A stretch of 64,000 nucleotides of DNA from an uncultured Chloroflexia bacterium. GTDB lineage: Bacteria; Chloroflexota; Limnocylindria; QHBO01. This document shows positions 50,335 to 60,100 of the stretch, piece by piece (position 1 is the stretch's first letter; each line of letters opens with the position of its first letter). The stretch spans positions 64,001 through 128,000 of the forward strand of contig CAWFCQ010000007.1 in assembly GCA_963814375.1 (NCBI GenBank). Reading direction: 5' to 3'. Under the pieces are notes generated by a model. It saw only the letters and a list, made by a program, of their open reading frames with translations, had not been told where the DNA came from and searched no databases. Made by a program: the position numbers and the translations under genes.

Positions 50335-50743
50335 GGCGGATCACCTTCTCGACGCGCATCCGGATGATGACCCGCTCCTGTCCGTCGTAGCGACCGGGAT
50401 CGGCCTCGTAGCGAACGGCCAGTGCACGAATGCCGGCAAGAGCCCGGTCGAAATCGGCGTCCAGGGTCACGGTCCCCCGCAGCGCCGCCCACTTCAGGCC
50501 ATCCTCGAACAGGAGGCTCACGCGCGGATCGGCCTGCAGCTGCCGGTACTTGAGCCGGCGCACCATGGTGTTCATGACGATGACGTCGGCCTCGTCGGGA
50601 TCGAGGTCGAACCACATCACGGACTGGCTCGGCGGCCCGTCGGCGCTGTTCACGGCCAGGACGGGATGGCGCAGCTCGGCGATGAGCCAGGCGCGGAGGT
50701 CATCGGTCAGGACGGCGTCGACCGTCAGGGCGGGATCACTCAC
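50327..50743 (-). CDS. PPOX class (probably F420-dependent) oxidoreductase
   Basis: DGPPSQSVMWF, RLKYRQLQADPRVSL. Confidence 0.85.
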   Translation of the reverse strand: MSDPALTVDAVLTDDLRAWLIAELRHPVLAVNSADGPPSQSVMWFDLDPDEADVIVMNTMVRRLKYRQLQADPRVSLLFEDGLKWAALRGTVTLDADFDRALAGIRALAVRYEADPGRYDGQERVIIRMRVEKVIRHD

Positions 50744-50847
50744 GGGGTCGCTCCTCGATCGAAGGACGGGACCGATTCGGCATCGGTAGCGCCGGGTCGG
50801 TCGCGACTGGGCGCTCTGTTTTCCAGTCTAGCCCTAGACTCGAGAGC

Positions 50848-51978
50848 ATGATCCGGGCCGAGCTGCTGTCGGTCGGCGCCGAGCTGCTGCTCGGCGAGAC
50901 GATCGATACGAACGCGGCCTTCCTGGGCGGCGAGCTGGCAACGCTCGGCCTGCCGTTGAGCAGCGTGCGCATGCTGCCCGACGACCGGGCCGTCATTGCC
51001 GCTGCGTTCGCCGAGGCGAGGTCCCGATCGGCGCTGGTGCTCGGCACCGGCGGCCTGGGGCCGACGCACGACGACCTCTCGCGCGAGGGCGTGGCGGATG
51101 CCCTGGGCCAGGAGCTGCGCGAGGACCGCGGCCTGATCGCAGTGCTGGAGGAACGCTTCCGCGCCTTCGGGCCGATGCCGGCCGCGAACCGGCGCCAGGC
51201 CATGCTCATTCCATCGGCCGAGGCGGTGCCGAACCCGATCGGTTCCGCGCCGGGCTGGTGGATCGACCTCGACGATGTCGTCACGGTCCTCATGCCCGGC
51301 GTCCCCTCCGAGATGCGGAGGATGTGGACGGAAAGCGTCGGCCCTCGGCTCGCCGCGCGCTTCGGCCTCCCGCCGCTCGCGATACGCACGATCAAGTCGT
51401 TCGGCATCGGCGAGTCCGCCCTCGCCGAGCGGCTTGGGACCCTGCTGTCCGTGCCACCGGACGGGGTCGAGGCGGGCATCTACGCGCGCGACGATGGCGT
51501 TCACGTCCGATTCAGCAGTCTCGGCGATGGGGAGGCGCTGGATGGCTGCATCGAGATCGCGCGCGCGGCCCTCGGCGAGGACGCATACGGAGTCGACAGC
51601 GAGGACCTCGCGTCCGTCGCACTCGCGCGCCTCGGTGCGCTCGGGGTGAGCGACGTGAGCAGCTGGGAAGCCGATACCCAGGGAGCGCTGCTCAGCGTCC
51701 TTTCGGCAGCCGCGCCCGCCGACGGTGCGGCCCGTTACCTGGGCGGGGTGCTCGAGATGGGCGTGCCGACCGGACCGCCGGTCGGAGAAGCCGTGCTCCA
51801 GCTGTCGCTGCTGCCCCAGGATGCCCATGGCCGCAGCCGGGTGCGAGTGGCGCTCGCCGGCAGCATCTCGATGCCGATGACCGAGCTACGCATCCACGGC
51901 TCGGGCGCCCAGCGACTCAGGCGCGCCGCGTTCGCGGCGCTCGACGCGGTCCGGAGGATCAGCCCCAGCGACCGATGA
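50848..51978 (+). CDS. cinA: CinA-like protein (MoCF domain intact, PncC domain degenerate)
   Basis: VGAELLLGETIDTN, TGGLGPTHDD, NPIGSAPG, MPGVPSEM, GIGES. Confidence 0.85.
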   Translation: MIRAELLSVGAELLLGETIDTNAAFLGGELATLGLPLSSVRMLPDDRAVIAAAFAEARSRSALVLGTGGLGPTHDDLSREGVADALGQELREDRGLIAVLEERFRAFGPMPAANRRQAMLIPSAEAVPNPIGSAPGWWIDLDDVVTVLMPGVPSEMRRMWTESVGPRLAARFGLPPLAIRTIKSFGIGESALAERLGTLLSVPPDGVEAGIYARDDGVHVRFSSLGDGEALDGCIEIARAALGEDAYGVDSEDLASVALARLGALGVSDVSSWEADTQGALLSVLSAAAPADGAARYLGGVLEMGVPTGPPVGEAVLQLSLLPQDAHGRSRVRVALAGSISMPMTELRIHGSGAQRLRRAAFAALDAVRRISPSDR

Positions 51979-52843
51979 GGCGGACGGCCGCGGGACGAAC
52001 CGCGAAGGTCCATGAAGGTCGTGAGCCGATGACGTCCCCGTCGGCCTGGACGGGTATGTCGGCGCCGTCCAGCGATCGAAGGGTGATCTCCCGAACGTCG
52101 ATGCGATCCGCATGGGGCCGAACGCCGGCGACCCAGCGCGCGGCCTCGATCGCCAGGCGAGGCGCGGGCCCGGGATAGATGCGAAGGGCCACCGTCCCTG
52201 CATCGGTCCGGGCGCCCGGGTTGACCCGCAGGCCTCGACCGTAGAACGGCGTCGTGCTGGCGACGACCATCTCGATCGGACCACGATGCACGGTCCAGCC
52301 ATCCGCGACGACCTCGACACCCGGGCGGCGCCACAGGTCCGGGACGGACGAGGCGATGGCCGTTGCCCAGCCGCGCAGGCGGTGGGCTCCGCCCTCCGCG
52401 TATCGGCCGGCGACGAGCGCGTCCCAGCCGGCGCCGGCGAACAGCGCCAGGCGATCGCCGACGGCGACGAGGTCGATCGGCCTCGCGTCGCGCCGAGCCA
52501 GCACCTCGGCCACCCCTTCGGGGTCGCCGGGCATGTTGAGCAGGTGCGCGGTGGCGTTGCCGAAGCCTGCGGGGATCCAGCCGAGCGTCAGATCTTCGCG
52601 GCCGGCAGCGACGTTGTATGCCGTGGCCAGCGATCCGTCCCCACCGACCATCACGCCGGTGGCGTAGCGCTCGAGCCGCTCGCCGAGCCAGCTGCTCAGC
52701 TCGTCGACGTCACGCGTTTCGATCACGTGGAGATCGGCGTCGAGCGCGCGGCGGGTGAGGTCCACGGCGCGACGCACCCGGTCGGTCCGTCCGCCGCCGG
52801 CCCCCTCGTTGAGAAAGATCGCTGTCGACTGATCAGGCGCCAT
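51959..52843 (-). CDS. Diacylglycerol kinase family (YegS/BmrU-like) lipid kinase
   Basis: NEGAG, GGDGS, PAGFGNA, GAGWDA, QADGD. Confidence 0.88.
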   Translation of the reverse strand: MAPDQSTAIFLNEGAGGGRTDRVRRAVDLTRRALDADLHVIETRDVDELSSWLGERLERYATGVMVGGDGSLATAYNVAAGREDLTLGWIPAGFGNATAHLLNMPGDPEGVAEVLARRDARPIDLVAVGDRLALFAGAGWDALVAGRYAEGGAHRLRGWATAIASSVPDLWRRPGVEVVADGWTVHRGPIEMVVASTTPFYGRGLRVNPGARTDAGTVALRIYPGPAPRLAIEAARWVAGVRPHADRIDVREITLRSLDGADIPVQADGDVIGSRPSWTFAVRPAAVRLIGRWG

Positions 52844-52855
52844 GTTGCCCCGATC

Positions 52856-53464
52856 CTACGGCAGTGCCGCGAGGGCCTCCTCGGCGAGCTCCTCCGGCTC
52901 ACCGCTGACGAGGAACACGACGTCGTCGTTGGCGTAGAGGAAGCCCTCGGTCCCGCCTTCCTCACCCATGGCATGCACGGTCTTGCCGCCGACGGTCATC
53001 TCCTCGCCAACGGCCGTGCCCGACTCCTCCATGACGCTGAGGAACTCGGTCCGGAGGGTGGACTCGTCGGCACCCTCGACCCGGAACGCGAGGATGGTGA
53101 CCCCGGTTTCGGATTCCGCGTCGAACGCAAAGCCGAAGGCGGACACGACGTCCTCCGGCTGCGCCCCAACCCGCTCGAGGAATGCCTGGGCCTCGGGGGT
53201 GATGCCCTCCGAGCTGAAGGCGTCCTCGCCGGACGTGTGCTCGTATTCGATGACGAGTCCCCCGACCTCCTCCGGCAACAGCTCGGCGAGCTCGCCGGCT
53301 CCCTCTCCAAGGCTCGGCTCGGCGTCATCGGACCCCTCGGCGGTCTCGGTCGGGGTGGGCTCCGGAGTGGCCGGCTCAGACTCCTCGGCCGACGAGGACG
53401 TAGACGAGCATCCCGCGACAACGATCAGGAGCAGGCCAAGCAGGAAAACGGGGATGCGGGTCAC
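52856..53464 (-). CDS. Hypothetical lipoprotein
   Basis: Lipobox VAGC, acidic linker; paralog of the next gene. Confidence 0.75.
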   Translation of the reverse strand: MTRIPVFLLGLLLIVVAGCSSTSSSAEESEPATPEPTPTETAEGSDDAEPSLGEGAGELAELLPEEVGGLVIEYEHTSGEDAFSSEGITPEAQAFLERVGAQPEDVVSAFGFAFDAESETGVTILAFRVEGADESTLRTEFLSVMEESGTAVGEEMTVGGKTVHAMGEEGGTEGFLYANDDVVFLVSGEPEELAEEALAALP

Positions 53465-53510
53465 GGGCTCGGCGTCCGCTGACGTGGGTGGCTCGGCGGC
53501 CTGTTCCCAC

Positions 53511-54131
53511 TCACGGCAGGGCCGACAGAACCTCCTCGGAGAGCTCACCCGACTCGCTGACCACGGTGAACATCACGCCGTCGGCAAAGTAGATGTAGGC
53601 CGCTGCGGGCGTTCCCTCACCGGTGATCTGGAGCACGGTCTTGCCACCGACGGTCATCTCCTCGACCGCGCCACCGGTGGGGTTGGCGCCGGACATCAGC
53701 CGCGCGAGCTGCTCGAGCTGCGCCTGCTCCATTCCGGGAATTCGCATCGAGCTGAGGGTCACCTCGGCGGCGTCGCCCCACGTGCTGATGATGTACTCGA
53801 CCTCCGACGGATCGACGCCCGAGCCAGCCAGGGCCTGGCCGAAGATCGGGTTCTGGGCGAAGTCGATGTCGCTGCGCGACATCCCGCCGATCTGGTCGGG
53901 GATCAGGTCGGCCAGCGGGCCGTCGGCGGAGCCTGTCCCATCGGTTTCGGCAGGCTCGGACGCCGCGGGCTCGGACTCCGGCGGCTCGGACTCGGCCGCG
54001 GGGTGCGATGCGCCATGCGACGCGGCCGCATCAGAGGCGGAAGCGGGCTCCGTCGCACTCGCGCCGGGGCTCGAGCACGCCGCCACCGCCATGGCGACAA
54101 GCACGATCAGGATGAGTGAGAAGCGATTCAC
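53511..54131 (-). CDS. Hypothetical lipoprotein (paralog)
   Basis: Lipobox VAAC; shared EEMTVGGKTV and ELxEExLxALP; GAGG RBS. Confidence 0.75.
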   Translation of the reverse strand: MNRFSLILIVLVAMAVAACSSPGASATEPASASDAAASHGASHPAAESEPPESEPAASEPAETDGTGSADGPLADLIPDQIGGMSRSDIDFAQNPIFGQALAGSGVDPSEVEYIISTWGDAAEVTLSSMRIPGMEQAQLEQLARLMSGANPTGGAVEEMTVGGKTVLQITGEGTPAAAYIYFADGVMFTVVSESGELSEEVLSALP

Positions 54132-54212
54132 GTGGGGTTCCTCAGGCTCGGGGGCAGTGGTTGAGCATAGCGCCGGCTCCTGAACCGCGCTTCCGGGACG
54201 ATCGTCCCGTCC

Positions 54213-55604
54213 TCATGTCCGCCCCAGCAGCTCGCCGGTGGGCTCGCGCTTCAGGAATCGGCCATCGCCCGCCGCGCCCAGCCACTCGTCGCCGTCGACG
54301 ACGACCTTGCCGCGTGACAGCACGATGTCGGCCCGACCGGTCACCTCGCGGCCCTCGTAGCACGAGTAGTCGACGTCCATGTGATGGGTCTTCGCACTGA
54401 TGATGTGCTTCGCCGTTGGGTCGTAGAGGACAAGGTCCGCATCGGCGCCGGCGGCAACGACGCCCTTTCGCCCGCCCAGGCCGAACATCCGGGCGGGTGC
54501 CGCGCTGATGAGCTCCACCCAGCGGTTGGGGGTCAGGTGCCCATCGACGACCCCGCCGGAGTGGAGCAGGTTGACACGGTCCTCCACGCCGGGAAGGCCG
54601 TTCGGCACCTTGCGGAAGTCGCCCTGCCCCAGGTCTTTCTGTCCGTGGAAGTCGAAGGGGCAGTGATCGGTCGAGACGACCTGGAGGTCGCCCTTGGCCA
54701 GGCCCTTCCACAGCTCGGGCGCATGGTCGGCCGGGCGCAGCGGCGGCGAGCAGACGAACTTCGCCCCCTCGAAGCCGTTGCCCATGTCCTCGAGGGTCAG
54801 GAAGAGGTACTGCGGGCACGTCTCGGCATAGGCGGGCAGGCCCTCGTCGCGCGCGCGGCGGACCTCCTCGAGCGCATCGGTCGCAGAGAGATGGACGATA
54901 TACACCGGGACGCCCGCCACCTGGGCCAGGCGAATCACCCGGTTGGTGGCCTCGCCCTCCATGACCGGCGAGCGGCTGACGCCGTGGAAGTACGGGTCGG
55001 TGTTGCCGGACTCGACGTTCTGGGCCGCCACGACGTCGATGGCCAGCCCGTTCTCGGCGTGCATCAGTATCAGGCCGCCGTTCCTGGCGGTCTGCTGCAT
55101 GGCACGGAAGATGGCGCCGTCATCGGAGAAGAAGACGCCGGGGTAGGCGGTGAAGAGCTTGAAGTCGGTCACGCCCTCGTCGACGAGCGCGTCCATCTCG
55201 GCGAGGGTGTCATCGGTGACGTCGGACATGATCATGTGGAAGCCGTAGTCGACGCAGGCCTTCCCCTCGGCCTTGGCGTGCCAGGCGTCCAGCCCCTCGC
55301 GCAGCGCCTGTCCCTTGCCCTGTACGGCAAAGTCGATGATCGTGGTGGTCCCGCCGAAGGCCGCGGCGCGCGTCCCGGTCTCGAACGTGTCCTTGGCGAA
55401 TGTCCCGCCGAACGGGAGCTCCATGTGGGTGTGCACGTCGATCGCGCCGGGGATCACCCACTTGTCGGACGCGTCGATGGTGCGATCGGCCGTGACGTCG
55501 AGCTCCTGGCCGATCAGCGCGATCCGCTCCCCGTCGACCAGGAGGTCGGCGGTGGTGGTGGCGTCGGCGTTGATGATCGTTCCGCCCTTGATGAGCGTGC
55601 GCAT
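54213..55604 (-). CDS. hydA: Dihydropyrimidinase
   Basis: PGAIDVHTH, FGGTTTIIDF, FKLFTAY, HAENG, STDHCPF, PNGLPGVE. Confidence 0.95.
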   Translation of the reverse strand: MRTLIKGGTIINADATTTADLLVDGERIALIGQELDVTADRTIDASDKWVIPGAIDVHTHMELPFGGTFAKDTFETGTRAAAFGGTTTIIDFAVQGKGQALREGLDAWHAKAEGKACVDYGFHMIMSDVTDDTLAEMDALVDEGVTDFKLFTAYPGVFFSDDGAIFRAMQQTARNGGLILMHAENGLAIDVVAAQNVESGNTDPYFHGVSRSPVMEGEATNRVIRLAQVAGVPVYIVHLSATDALEEVRRARDEGLPAYAETCPQYLFLTLEDMGNGFEGAKFVCSPPLRPADHAPELWKGLAKGDLQVVSTDHCPFDFHGQKDLGQGDFRKVPNGLPGVEDRVNLLHSGGVVDGHLTPNRWVELISAAPARMFGLGGRKGVVAAGADADLVLYDPTAKHIISAKTHHMDVDYSCYEGREVTGRADIVLSRGKVVVDGDEWLGAAGDGRFLKREPTGELLGRT

Positions 55605-55673
55605 CGGTTCCTCCGTCAACGGCTGAGCAGGACCGCAATCGTAGCCGCCCGGCGGCCCACTACGATGGCCGGC

Positions 55674-56495
55674 GTGAAGCTTGCCGAGCTGCCGCGGCCG
55701 GTCGAAACAGCGAGCATCGAACGTCTCATCAGGCCGGATGCGCCCGCCCGACCGCGCGCGCTGGCGGTGCTCGACGGCGTCCTCGCGGGTCGCGTCTGGG
55801 CGGATGATCCCGCGACCCCGACAGTCGCGCTCGTGATCGAGGACTCCGACGGGACGGTTTTCGCCGGCGGCTCACTGACCGCATCTCAGGTGGCCGACAC
55901 GCTCGCCGACGTCGAGACGGCATCTGGGGACCTCATCTTCGGGTTCGCGGACGGCGACGACGCGCTCCGCGGGATGTTGCCGAGGGAGCCGTACTGGACC
56001 GGCGAGGCGATCGACTTCACCGATCGCCGCCCACCGCCCGACGAGCCCGCAGGACCCGAGCCACCGCTCGAAGGGATGCAAATCGTGGCGCTCGACGCGT
56101 CCACCCTGCCCCTGACCGAGTGGTACCCAGACACCATGCACGCGTTCGGATCGATCGCGCGGTGGACCGAGCTTGGCATCGGCTTCGGCGTTCTCACTGG
56201 CGACGCGCTCGCGGCCGAGGCGACAGCGGGTCCACGCTGCCGCCGCCTCCTGGAGATGGGGGTGCTGACCCGCGAACCCTTCCGGCGGCGAGGGTACGGC
56301 ACGCTCGTCAGCCGCCTGGTAGCCCGTGAAGCCGAGTCCCGCGGCGACCGGGTCTGGTGGAACGCGAATGCCGTGAACGCACCCTCGTTGGCGATCGCTC
56401 GTCGGCTGGGGTTTCGGGCGGAGCGCCGATACGAGCTCGCCGCTTGCCATGCGGCAGGAAACACGCCCGGCGACGATCGATCGCTCGCGGGGTAG
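55674..56495 (+). CDS. GNAT acetyltransferase
   Basis: EMGVLTREPFRRRGYG...NAPSLAIARRLGF; TACGAT 7 nt before the GTG. Confidence 0.82.
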   Translation: MKLAELPRPVETASIERLIRPDAPARPRALAVLDGVLAGRVWADDPATPTVALVIEDSDGTVFAGGSLTASQVADTLADVETASGDLIFGFADGDDALRGMLPREPYWTGEAIDFTDRRPPPDEPAGPEPPLEGMQIVALDASTLPLTEWYPDTMHAFGSIARWTELGIGFGVLTGDALAAEATAGPRCRRLLEMGVLTREPFRRRGYGTLVSRLVAREAESRGDRVWWNANAVNAPSLAIARRLGFRAERRYELAACHAAGNTPGDDRSLAG

Positions 56496-56505
56496 CATCA
56501 CCCGC

Positions 56506-57078
56506 ATGGCAGACGATCGACTCCACTTCACTGGCGACGACGAGGCGGACCGGCTCCTGGTGAGCGAGCCGATGGCGCTCCTCATCGGCTTCGCGCTCGA
56601 CCAGCAGGTGCCGGTTCAGTGGGCCTTCTCGGCGCCCAAGGTGCTCCTCCAGCGTCTCGGCACACTGGACGCTCGAGACATCGCCGCCATGGACGTCGCG
56701 GATGTCGAGGCCGCCTCCAAGGGCCCGCCCGCCGTCCACCGCTACCCGGCTGCCATGGGTCGGCGGGTTCACGAGCTGGCGAGCTATATCGCCGCCACCT
56801 ATGACGGCGACGCCGCCCGGGTCTGGACCGATGCCTCGGACGGCCGCGATCTCGAGCGGCGCATCGGGGCGCTACCGGGCTTCGGCGAGATGAAGGTCAA
56901 CGGGACGCTGGCAGTCCTGGCCAAGCGACTGGACGTACGACCTCCGGGAATCGACGAGGTGCTGCCTGACTGGCCGACGCTCGGCGATGTCGACTCCGCC
57001 GAGGCGCTGGCCGACTACCAGGCCAAGAAGCGCGCCCACAAGGCAGCCATGCGCGAGGCCGCAGCCGCCGAGGGCTGA
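56506..57078 (+). CDS. HhH-GPD superfamily protein
   Basis: ALLIGFALDQQVP, VHRYP, ALPGFGEMK. Confidence 0.85.
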   Translation: MADDRLHFTGDDEADRLLVSEPMALLIGFALDQQVPVQWAFSAPKVLLQRLGTLDARDIAAMDVADVEAASKGPPAVHRYPAAMGRRVHELASYIAATYDGDAARVWTDASDGRDLERRIGALPGFGEMKVNGTLAVLAKRLDVRPPGIDEVLPDWPTLGDVDSAEALADYQAKKRAHKAAMREAAAAEG

Positions 57079-57095
57079 TCCCAGTCACGAGGCCG

Positions 57096-57644
57096 TCAGG
57101 CCTGTCGCTCCGGCTCCGCGCCTCCCGCCCGCACCAGCAGGGCGCCGATCAGCCCCCCGGTCGTGTTCGTGATCACATCCGTCGTCTCCGGCCAGCGGCC
57201 GCCGCCGGTGAGCGCCTGGAGCAGCTCGATCGAGGCGGAGAAGGCGAGCGTGATCCCGACCGCCTGGAGGACGCTGACGGACGGGAAACGCCAGCGCAGG
57301 GCCATCCCGAACGGGATGAAGATGAGGACGTTTCCGATCAGCTCGGCGACGGCGAGGCGCAGGCTGCGCACGCCGATCAGCGCATCGCGCAGGTCTTCGA
57401 ACGGGATGAGCCTGATGCGTGGTGGCTCGTTCATGGCATCCACCGGGCTCAGCAGCGTCAGCACGACGATCAGCGCGATGGACGTCACGAGCGCGACGTC
57501 CCGCGCGGTCACGCCGAAGGCACGCGAGGGTGGATGAAGCACCAGCCTGACCACGAGAACGACGGCCCCCACCGCGGCGATCACGACGAAGATGCCGGCC
57601 ATCGTGCCGAGGGCATCGGCGGCCCACCGGATCAGCGCATCCAC
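57096..57644 (-). CDS. VanZ family membrane protein
   Basis: GNVLIFIPFG, SIELLQ, DVITNTTG. Confidence 0.88.
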   Translation of the reverse strand: MDALIRWAADALGTMAGIFVVIAAVGAVVLVVRLVLHPPSRAFGVTARDVALVTSIALIVVLTLLSPVDAMNEPPRIRLIPFEDLRDALIGVRSLRLAVAELIGNVLIFIPFGMALRWRFPSVSVLQAVGITLAFSASIELLQALTGGGRWPETTDVITNTTGGLIGALLVRAGGAEPERQA

Positions 57645-57664
57645 GGCGCCAGTCTATCGGCGCC

Positions 57665-58153
57665 TCAGGAATCGGTGGCCGGCGCCTCCGGATGCTCGTG
57701 GTCGTGGTCGTGCTCGTCGTGGTCGTGCTCGTCGTGGTCGTGGTCGTGCATCCACGGCGTGAAGGTGATGCCGATCAGCAGCCCTTCCGGGCTGAGCAGC
57801 CGCGACGTCGTCTGGCCCCACGGCTCCTCCTGCGCGCCACGCAGCACGCGGTGCCCGGCAGCCTCGAGCTCCGCCACCGCCTCGCCGACTGCTTCCGCGG
57901 ACTCGACGTCGAGCTCCATCCAAGCCTGCGGCGCAGGGATGTCGGCCGGCCACTCCGCCGATCCGAACGTCGACTCCGCGGCCTGGGACAGCGGCCACAG
58001 CGCGAACGCGTTGACGCCTTCCAGGCTGTCGTTGGTTAGGTAGTCGGGAGCCGCCTCCTCGAGCGGGATGGCCAGGCCGTCGCCCCAGAACGCGCGCGAA
58101 GCATCGGCCTCGCGGACGATCGGTCCGAAGCCGGCGACGAACGCGACCCTCAT
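57665..58153 (-). CDS. VOC/glyoxalase protein with His/Asp-rich tail
   Basis: EEPWGQTTSRLLSPEGL; tail HDHDHDEHDHDEHDHDHEH. Confidence 0.85.
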   Translation of the reverse strand: MRVAFVAGFGPIVREADASRAFWGDGLAIPLEEAAPDYLTNDSLEGVNAFALWPLSQAAESTFGSAEWPADIPAPQAWMELDVESAEAVGEAVAELEAAGHRVLRGAQEEPWGQTTSRLLSPEGLLIGITFTPWMHDHDHDEHDHDEHDHDHEHPEAPATDS

Positions 58154-58524
58154 GCGACCCGCTCCTTGGGAAGCGAGGAAAGGACGCAGAACTCGTTACC
58201 CTCCGGGTCCGCCATGACGACCCACGAGACGTCGCCTTGACCGATGTCGGCGCGCCTCGCCCCGAGCCGCTCCAGCCGTGCAACCTCGCCGTCCTGGTCG
58301 TCCGGCGCGAGGTCGAAGTGCCACCGGTTCTTGATCCCCTTCTCGTCCGGGTTGATCGCGAAGTACACCGGATGGATCCCCGGCCGGCGTTCCTCGTAGG
58401 GGGCGATCATCACGCCCTCCTCGTCTTCGGCGATGACCAGCCACCCGAGTGCGGTGGTCCAGAACTCGGCGAGCGCCTTCGGGTCATGGCAGTCGACTGT
58501 CAGGCTGTTGATGACAAGGCTCAT
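58150..58524 (-). CDS. VOC family protein (glyoxalase-like)
   Basis: DPKALAEFWTTALG, KNRWHFDL, MADPEGNEFCV. Confidence 0.9.
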   Translation of the reverse strand: MSLVINSLTVDCHDPKALAEFWTTALGWLVIAEDEEGVMIAPYEERRPGIHPVYFAINPDEKGIKNRWHFDLAPDDQDGEVARLERLGARRADIGQGDVSWVVMADPEGNEFCVLSSLPKERVA

Positions 58525-58707
58525 GCGCCGATGCTAGCGCCCTCAACCTGACGATTCGTGTCAGGAAAGTGCGCGGACCGAGGTCGATCGGCTGATTGAC
58601 TTTCACGCTCGTCCGCGGCGAGATCGACGTGGGTCGTCGCGTGGACCGGCTCGGCATTGCGCGGCAGGCGACTAAACGCTCCCGCGTCTGGCTAGAGGAC
58701 CACGCGG

Positions 58708-59154
58708 TCAGCACTGGCTGCCGTCGCCTTCGACCTCTCGCTTCAGCGTCGCCAGATCGTTGTCGGCGCGGGCGCGGATCCGTGGCGTGATCAGCGGGGT
58801 GAGCAGTTGCGTGAGGCCGCGCATACGCATGTCGGACTGATAGGTCAGCTCGGTCGCGCCGTCCCGGGCAGCGAGGTCGTAGCTGTCGATCTGGTCGCTG
58901 CCGGACGATGTGATGCGGACAGCCAGTCGCTCGCCGGGGCGTAGCTCGACGATCTCCGTCTCCACCTCGATGCGACGTCCCTCCGCCTCGATGATGTCGC
59001 GCGAGCGTGAGCCGACACGAACGCCGCCTTCGCCGATCGGCTCGGACCCGATGAAGCCGCTGATCCACCGACTCAGCCGGTCGGGCTCGACCAGCCACGG
59101 AAAGACGGTCGCTGGCGGCGCGCCGATCTCGACGCGGGACTCGATGCGGGGCAT
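58708..59154 (-). CDS. SRPBCC / polyketide cyclase family protein
   Basis: VEIGAPPATVF...W...C-terminal DLATLKREVE helix. Confidence 0.85.
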   Translation of the reverse strand: MPRIESRVEIGAPPATVFPWLVEPDRLSRWISGFIGSEPIGEGGVRVGSRSRDIIEAEGRRIEVETEIVELRPGERLAVRITSSGSDQIDSYDLAARDGATELTYQSDMRMRGLTQLLTPLITPRIRARADNDLATLKREVEGDGSQC

Positions 59155-59163
59155 GGAATCTCC

Positions 59164-60051
59164 TCAGGTGCGTTCGAGGACCGGGATCGCGATCTCGGTC
59201 TGGTTCAAGCGGCCGGCAGGATCGATCCGCGTGGTGTGATAGAGCTCGATGGCCGGCACGCCGACGATCTCGATTCGCGGGGCCATGGCCCGCAGCCGCT
59301 CAACGATCGACGCGTACGCCGAAGGGATCGACGCGTACGGGCCGATATGCGTGGTGATCGCGAACGTGCCGCCCTGGATTGCTTCGAATCCGATGCCGGA
59401 CTCATGGGCGGTGACGACTGGCTTGCGATGGACGACCAGGCCAGCGTCAAACCGGAGCTTGCTCGGATCGGTGATCTCCGGGGCGTCGTGGGCGATGCCC
59501 ACGAGGTGTCCGTCCGTTCCGGCGCCGAGCCGAGCGGCGGCGGCCGGCAGCTCGTCCCAGAGGCTGACGGGGACTGACTCGTAGGGACCGATGTATCGCA
59601 CGAAGAGGAGCTCAAGCGGGCGGAGCCGACGGACCCGCGTCTCGGAGAGGTGTCCGATGGCCAGCTCTTCCTCGAGCCCATCCTGCGCACGCGGGCGCCG
59701 TGGGTCAGGCGCGCGGCGCGTTGCCGTTGAGGCACGCCAACGACTCGGTGTCTGGCCGAACCGCCGGACGAAGGCCCGCGTGAAGGTCTCGTGGCTGGCG
59801 TAGCCGCACTCGAGCGCGATCTCGAGGATGGTTGCATCGCGAGTGACGAGCATCCTCGCCGCGCGCTCGAGGCGGAGCCGTTCCACGTGGCGGCGAGGCG
59901 ATTCCCCGGTGGCCGTCGCAAATCTCCGTGCGAAGTGGCTCGGGGATCGGTCGACCGTTGCGGCGAGCTCGGCGACGCTGAGCGTGGAGTCCAGGTTCGT
60001 CTGTGCATGGACGAGCGCCGGCAGGAGCCATCCAATCGAAGCCGCGTGCAT
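59164..60051 (-). CDS. AraC family regulator with GyrI-like effector domain
   Basis: SPSHFARRF, IALECGYASHETFTRAF, HIGPY. Confidence 0.9.
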   Translation of the reverse strand: MHAASIGWLLPALVHAQTNLDSTLSVAELAATVDRSPSHFARRFATATGESPRRHVERLRLERAARMLVTRDATILEIALECGYASHETFTRAFVRRFGQTPSRWRASTATRRAPDPRRPRAQDGLEEELAIGHLSETRVRRLRPLELLFVRYIGPYESVPVSLWDELPAAAARLGAGTDGHLVGIAHDAPEITDPSKLRFDAGLVVHRKPVVTAHESGIGFEAIQGGTFAITTHIGPYASIPSAYASIVERLRAMAPRIEIVGVPAIELYHTTRIDPAGRLNQTEIAIPVLERT

Positions 60052-60100
60052 CGCCGCACCTTTGCATCGGAAGGCAGGACTGTCTTGACGTTTTCGGCTG

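Noticed and set aside
50744-50824. Riboswitch in the leader of the PPOX/LLM genes
   Set aside because: Small hairpins only; no recognisable aptamer consensus
54381-56495. 704-aa ORF
   Set aside because: N-terminal part is antisense to hydA; only 55674..56495 encodes a GNAT protein
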